This document shows positions 48,397 through 51,984 of a stretch of 51,984 bases of DNA, in pieces. The notes under the pieces are model-generated. The model was not told the origin of the DNA and did not search any database. It worked only from the letters and a program-made list of their open reading frames with translations. Source of the DNA: Fimbriimonadales bacterium. GTDB taxonomy: Bacteria > Armatimonadota > Fimbriimonadia > Fimbriimonadales > ATM1. The number at the start of each line of letters is the position of its first letter. Positions within the stretch are counted from its first letter, which is position 1. Position numbers and translations under genes: made by a program. The DNA lies in the NCBI GenBank assembly GCA_051003155.1, contig JBPCLO010000017.1:1-51984 (forward strand). The letters are read 5' to 3'.

Positions 48397-48457
48397 CCTT
48401 ATTCACTTCATAACCCACCAAGACGATCAACATCAATTCTAGCGGAGTCCGGATTCG

Positions 48458-48492
48458 TGGTGGAGATGATGGGATTCGAACCCCACGACCCT
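48458..48492 (-). other. Orphan 3' fragment of a tRNA (Ala-like), att-site-like scar
   Basis: GGTCGTGGGGTTCGAATCCCATCATCTCCACCA: T-arm, 3' acceptor strand and CCA, with no 5' half upstream. Confidence 0.7.
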
Positions 48493-48564
48493 CGGCGGTG
48501 ATGGCGCTGAACTCCGGGCGAACTCTTGCGCCTCCACCGGAGGTTCGGCGGAGGCATTCAAAAG

Positions 48565-49243
48565 CTATGGTCGAAACCACTCATCCTTGTGATCAAACTC
48601 AGGCAAATCAATGTTGAAGTCATCCGCGACAATGTAGTCGTCGCCGTCAACCATAAAGAGAACCGGCACCCCGTTTTCTGCGGTTCTCGCGGGATAAAGA
48701 GTTCGATGCCCCGCGCCTCAAGCTGCGATCGGACCTCCAGAAACACGGTTCTCGGAAATGTGCCCAGGCTGAAGAAGGCGAGCCGCCGTACTTCCAAACT
48801 TGCTCGATTGGGGCGCAATCCAAGATTGGACGTGTATCGTGGAGGCCCAGGATTTGTCTGACGCCCTCGAGGATTTCTAGCCAGGACTCCACGGCTACGG
48901 GCTGATTGCAGATGATGTTGCACTGGTCCTCGAACGGCCAAAGCAAGGGATCAGTTTGTGTGAACGACCAGTCGATAACATCGAATCTGGTGCTGAGCTT
49001 TGCGTCGCGCACGTTGATCGGGTGAACAGTTACGAGCTTGTAGGCGTCGTCGGGCATATCGTCTGCAAATCCCCATGGCTTTCCTTCACGTCGAGCCTCG
49101 ATGTAGAGCGGGTGCTCCCACGACGGGTAGATAGCGACGTCATAGCGTGCTGAGCCGCTGGGGAAGCTGCAGCTGCAGCCGACGAAACGAGCATCGATAT
49201 GTGTGAAGCGCGCTTGCACTTCGCGGAAGTTGACTCTCGCCAT
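48565..49243 (-). pseudogene. Hypothetical protein with two frameshifts
   Basis: Adding 1 nt at 48777-48778 and at 48669-48672 gives a continuous frame ending VDGDDYIVADDFNIDLPEFDHKDEWFRP*. Confidence 0.65.
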
Positions 49244-49536
49244 TTGTCTGGGAGCTGGGTTTACCCGATCTTGAACTCGATTAGGGGGACGTTTGGGCGT
49301 CGCAACGGTCGCCCATGAGCATGTCTAACAGTGGCCCCTGCCTCCTGAGAAAACAAGACGTGGTGGAGATTAGATGGGCGCAATTCGAACATAGGAGCTT
49401 CATCGCCATAGCGAATCCGCAACCGCCGCCGCCCCTAGAAAGACGACGAGTCGAGCCGCTTCCGGCTAGCAGTCTCTCAGGTCAGCGTTTCGACGCAGGA
49501 TGTCGAAGTCCTTCCAATTTCCAGCCCGTGGGCAAT

Positions 49537-50182
49537 TCAGGGGCCCTGCTGGAAATGGTCTGGCGCGGTTCGGCCAGCTTCTAGCATGTCGTATGACCTG
49601 GCAATGATCCATCCGTCCCCATCGAAAGCAGAACAAGCCGCTAAGGTGACGTGCTGTCCTAGGCTGCGCACGTCCTCGGCCGAAAGGCTCTGCGACATGC
49701 TATCCAATACGCGAGAAGTCGCAAACACCAGCACGAGGAAGCTTCTAGTTTCGCGTATAGTAGACTCGATTTCATCCTCGTGCCCTCTCGCCGAGCACAG
49801 GTAGTAAAGCTCGTCTCCGGCTACATAGGGCTTCATCGGCGGGTGCCGCATCACGCTCAGGTCGCCTGCCCGCGCACCCCAGGGCCCCGTAGCCCACGAT
49901 CGCGCCGTTGGGGTAGTACGTCGACTCCGCAGCGTGCAGTAGTCCAGAAAGTACTTCACGACCTGACTCCATCAATTGTTCATAGTCAGTGCGACAACCG
50001 TGTTCTGCGGCAACTTCTTGTAAAGGTGGCCATGAGCTAGGCACGAGGCAAGCTATCTCCGCGAAGTCGATGTTGTTCGGCTGAACGGCGATTTGTCCCA
50101 CCTCGCGCTGGACGATGCTCTCTTTAAAGTAGCTCCGATAGCCCTGCGGGCCAACTTCAAGCCTCCATCCCGAAGACGCCAC
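49537..50182 (-). pseudogene. Hypothetical (immunity-like) protein, frameshifted near 49885
   Basis: ORFs 49772-50182 and 49537-49959 join as IVGYGPWGARAGD. C-terminal SAFDGDGWII. Confidence 0.6.
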
Positions 50183-50432
50183 GTCGACAAGTTCGCTCAG
50201 TGCTTAGACCAGGTTCATCGGCGTCGCCTCGGAAAACGCTTCTGCTTCTTGGCCCCGTACCGGCCTTCAAGATACAATCGCCACTCGCTTCCTTGAGGAT
50301 CCTTGTAGGTTTTCCAGTTGCTCAGTGGCTTGACGGACATCGCCATCACGTTGCCCGTAGAAGCCCTCGCGTGCGGGGTGCGATATATTTCCATACCTCC
50401 TCGCTTTCCAGCGCTGATTGAATGAGAGGCCG

Positions 50433-50720
50433 TCATACAGCGATTGAGAGGCTCGCGGCCACTTTGTCGCCTTCATCGAGCTCTTCCGCTTTTCGGACGC
50501 TCGCCTTGATCGGCACGATGTAGAGGCCGTCTTTGGGCCAGAGGGAAGTCGTCCACACGGTCTTGCCGATCCGGACGGTGACCGGGATCATTCCCCAGCC
50601 ATAGGTCACCAATTTCTCCATCGCCTTTATGACGCCGGACTCCTTCTCCGGAACGGTGACGAAGTAGTGCGGGGCAGGGCCCTTCCAGTGCCAGATCGTT
50701 TCTGAGATCTCGATGGTCAC
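50433..50720 (-). CDS. DUF1905 domain protein
   Basis: WHWKGPAPHYFVTVP, GWGMIPV, WTTSLWPK and PIKASVRKAE motifs. Confidence 0.88.
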   Translation of the reverse strand: MTIEISETIWHWKGPAPHYFVTVPEKESGVIKAMEKLVTYGWGMIPVTVRIGKTVWTTSLWPKDGLYIVPIKASVRKAEELDEGDKVAASLSIAV

Positions 50721-50746
50721 CGCCTCAGTTTAGCTGTCCAGAGAAC

Positions 50747-50812
50747 CTATCCGGGGAAGGCCCACCATGCCCGGTCGATGCGGCCGAGCCAAGGATACAC
50801 GAATGTGGAGCC
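50747..50812 (-). pseudogene. Orphan C-terminal tail GSTFVYPWLGRIDRAWWAFPG*
   Basis: 21/21 aa identical to the end of the 46218 gene, with 11 third-position synonymous differences. Confidence 0.85.
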
Positions 50813-50883
50813 GGGGCCGCTGACGCCAAAACGACACGATTGCCGATCTCAGGCGTATAAAAGTGTTGAACCAGGAGGTTTTT

Positions 50884-51888
50884 ATGAACACAGTCTCGAC
50901 AGGCCGATGCATAGGATTGGCCTCATTAATAACGGTAGCGGCAATGGCCCAAGCGGCGATTACCGTTTACGTAAACGGCAACATGGTCAACTTCCGTGAC
51001 GTTGGCCCGACGATGAGCCATGGCCGGGTACTTGTCCCTTTGCGCGGCGTCTTTGAAGAGATGGGCGCGAAAGTGCAGTGGAAGGCGGCCACGCGAACCG
51101 TGGTGGCGTGGAACGCCGCTACCAAAGTGAGCCTCCAGATCGGCAAACGCGATGCCATGGTAAATGGCCATTCAGTCGTGCTCGATGTCCCGGCCAGCCT
51201 GGTGGGCGGCAGGACGATGGTTCCCCTTAGATTCGTCAGCGAGGCCTTGGGTGCTTCCGTCCGATGGGACGGCAACATGGATGCAGTCCGGATCAACACC
51301 AACGTGAGCGAGTCAGGTAGCACAAGCGGCATCGGCTCTTCGCTAACCCTGCCCGAGGATACCGTCATCCCGATCGCCCTCAGCGAAAGGCTTAGTTCCA
51401 AGGATTCTGACAAGGGCGACCGATTTACGGCGGAAGTTCGCTCGGATAGCGGCTCGAGCTATCTTGGGCTCCCCGTCGGCAGTATTGTCAGAGGGACCGT
51501 CCAAGTAGCTCGCGCCAAGCAAGGCGAGAACCCTGGCGTGCTTGCTCTGGACTTCAATAGCATCAAGCTGCCGAACGGCAAAACGTATCCGATCGACGGA
51601 ACGATGATCGGCCTCGACAACGATAGCGTCTCCACGGAATCGAACGGCCGGATCGTCGCCAAGCCGGCGCATCGAAACGACCGGCTATCTTACGTGGGTA
51701 TCGGCGCAGGCGCAGGAGCGATTTTCGCGCTTCTCTCCGATCGCTCCATTCTCACGGACGCAGCAATCGGCGCGGCCCTCGGATACTTGTTGGGTTCGAT
51801 TCAAAAAGGCGGCACTCCCCGCGACGTCGACCTTCCTGTGGGCACCGCACTGGGCGTCCGCTTGGACCGGACGCTAGTCATTCAGTGA
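50884..51888 (+). CDS. Copper amine oxidase N-terminal (stalk) domain protein
   Basis: AGGAGG RBS; GRVLVPLRGVFEEMGAKV.W and GRTMVPLRFVSEALGA motifs; C-terminal glycine-zipper-like region. Confidence 0.88.
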   Translation: MNTVSTGRCIGLASLITVAAMAQAAITVYVNGNMVNFRDVGPTMSHGRVLVPLRGVFEEMGAKVQWKAATRTVVAWNAATKVSLQIGKRDAMVNGHSVVLDVPASLVGGRTMVPLRFVSEALGASVRWDGNMDAVRINTNVSESGSTSGIGSSLTLPEDTVIPIALSERLSSKDSDKGDRFTAEVRSDSGSSYLGLPVGSIVRGTVQVARAKQGENPGVLALDFNSIKLPNGKTYPIDGTMIGLDNDSVSTESNGRIVAKPAHRNDRLSYVGIGAGAGAIFALLSDRSILTDAAIGAALGYLLGSIQKGGTPRDVDLPVGTALGVRLDRTLVIQ

Positions 51889-51984
51889 ACTTGAGCCTCG
51901 GCATACGCATGCAAAGTGCGTACTCCTGGCCTGCTCCCAACCACTCACGGCTCGCATCACTCGGTATATTTCTACCGTGCAAGC

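Noticed and set aside
48458..48540. Complete tRNA gene
   Set aside because: No 5' acceptor strand, D-arm or anticodon arm upstream of the T-arm.
46218..50812. Diversity-generating retroelement TR/VR pair
   Set aside because: Differences between tail copies are synonymous third-position changes rather than adenine-specific, and there is no reverse transcriptase in the window.

Overview
About 52 kb of GC-rich bacterial chromosome. PEP-CTERM proteins, a copper-amine-oxidase-N protein and many short-signal-peptide secreted proteins suggest Armatimonadota (Fimbriimonadia-like); this is an inference. The core (about 7-46 kb) holds ordinary genes: an SSADH-type aldehyde dehydrogenase, GH127, an SPFH-RHH operon, tmRNA, mtnP, rpiB, two S41 genes, tRNA-Trp, sseA-sufE, an LptD-like gene and livKHMG, with tdh lying just to its left. 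Both flanks are accessory and contain several genes broken by small indels, mostly 1-nt changes in short homopolymers (likely long-read errors). The most notable signals are: (1) a ~780-nt non-coding stretch (about 1840-2620) densely packed with nested hairpins, long-range pairings and a possible pseudoknot, a candidate large structured ncRNA; (2) a ~150-aa C-terminal domain of a secreted protein that recurs as orphan tails at 47.7, 50.8 and 33.2 kb, suggesting a sorting domain and recombination hotspot; (3) a 630-bp insert of gene halves flanked by a diverged 120-bp duplication of a gene 3' end; (4) a catalytically dead S41 paralogue coupled to an active CtpA; (5) an orphan tRNA-Ala-like 3' end (att-like scar).
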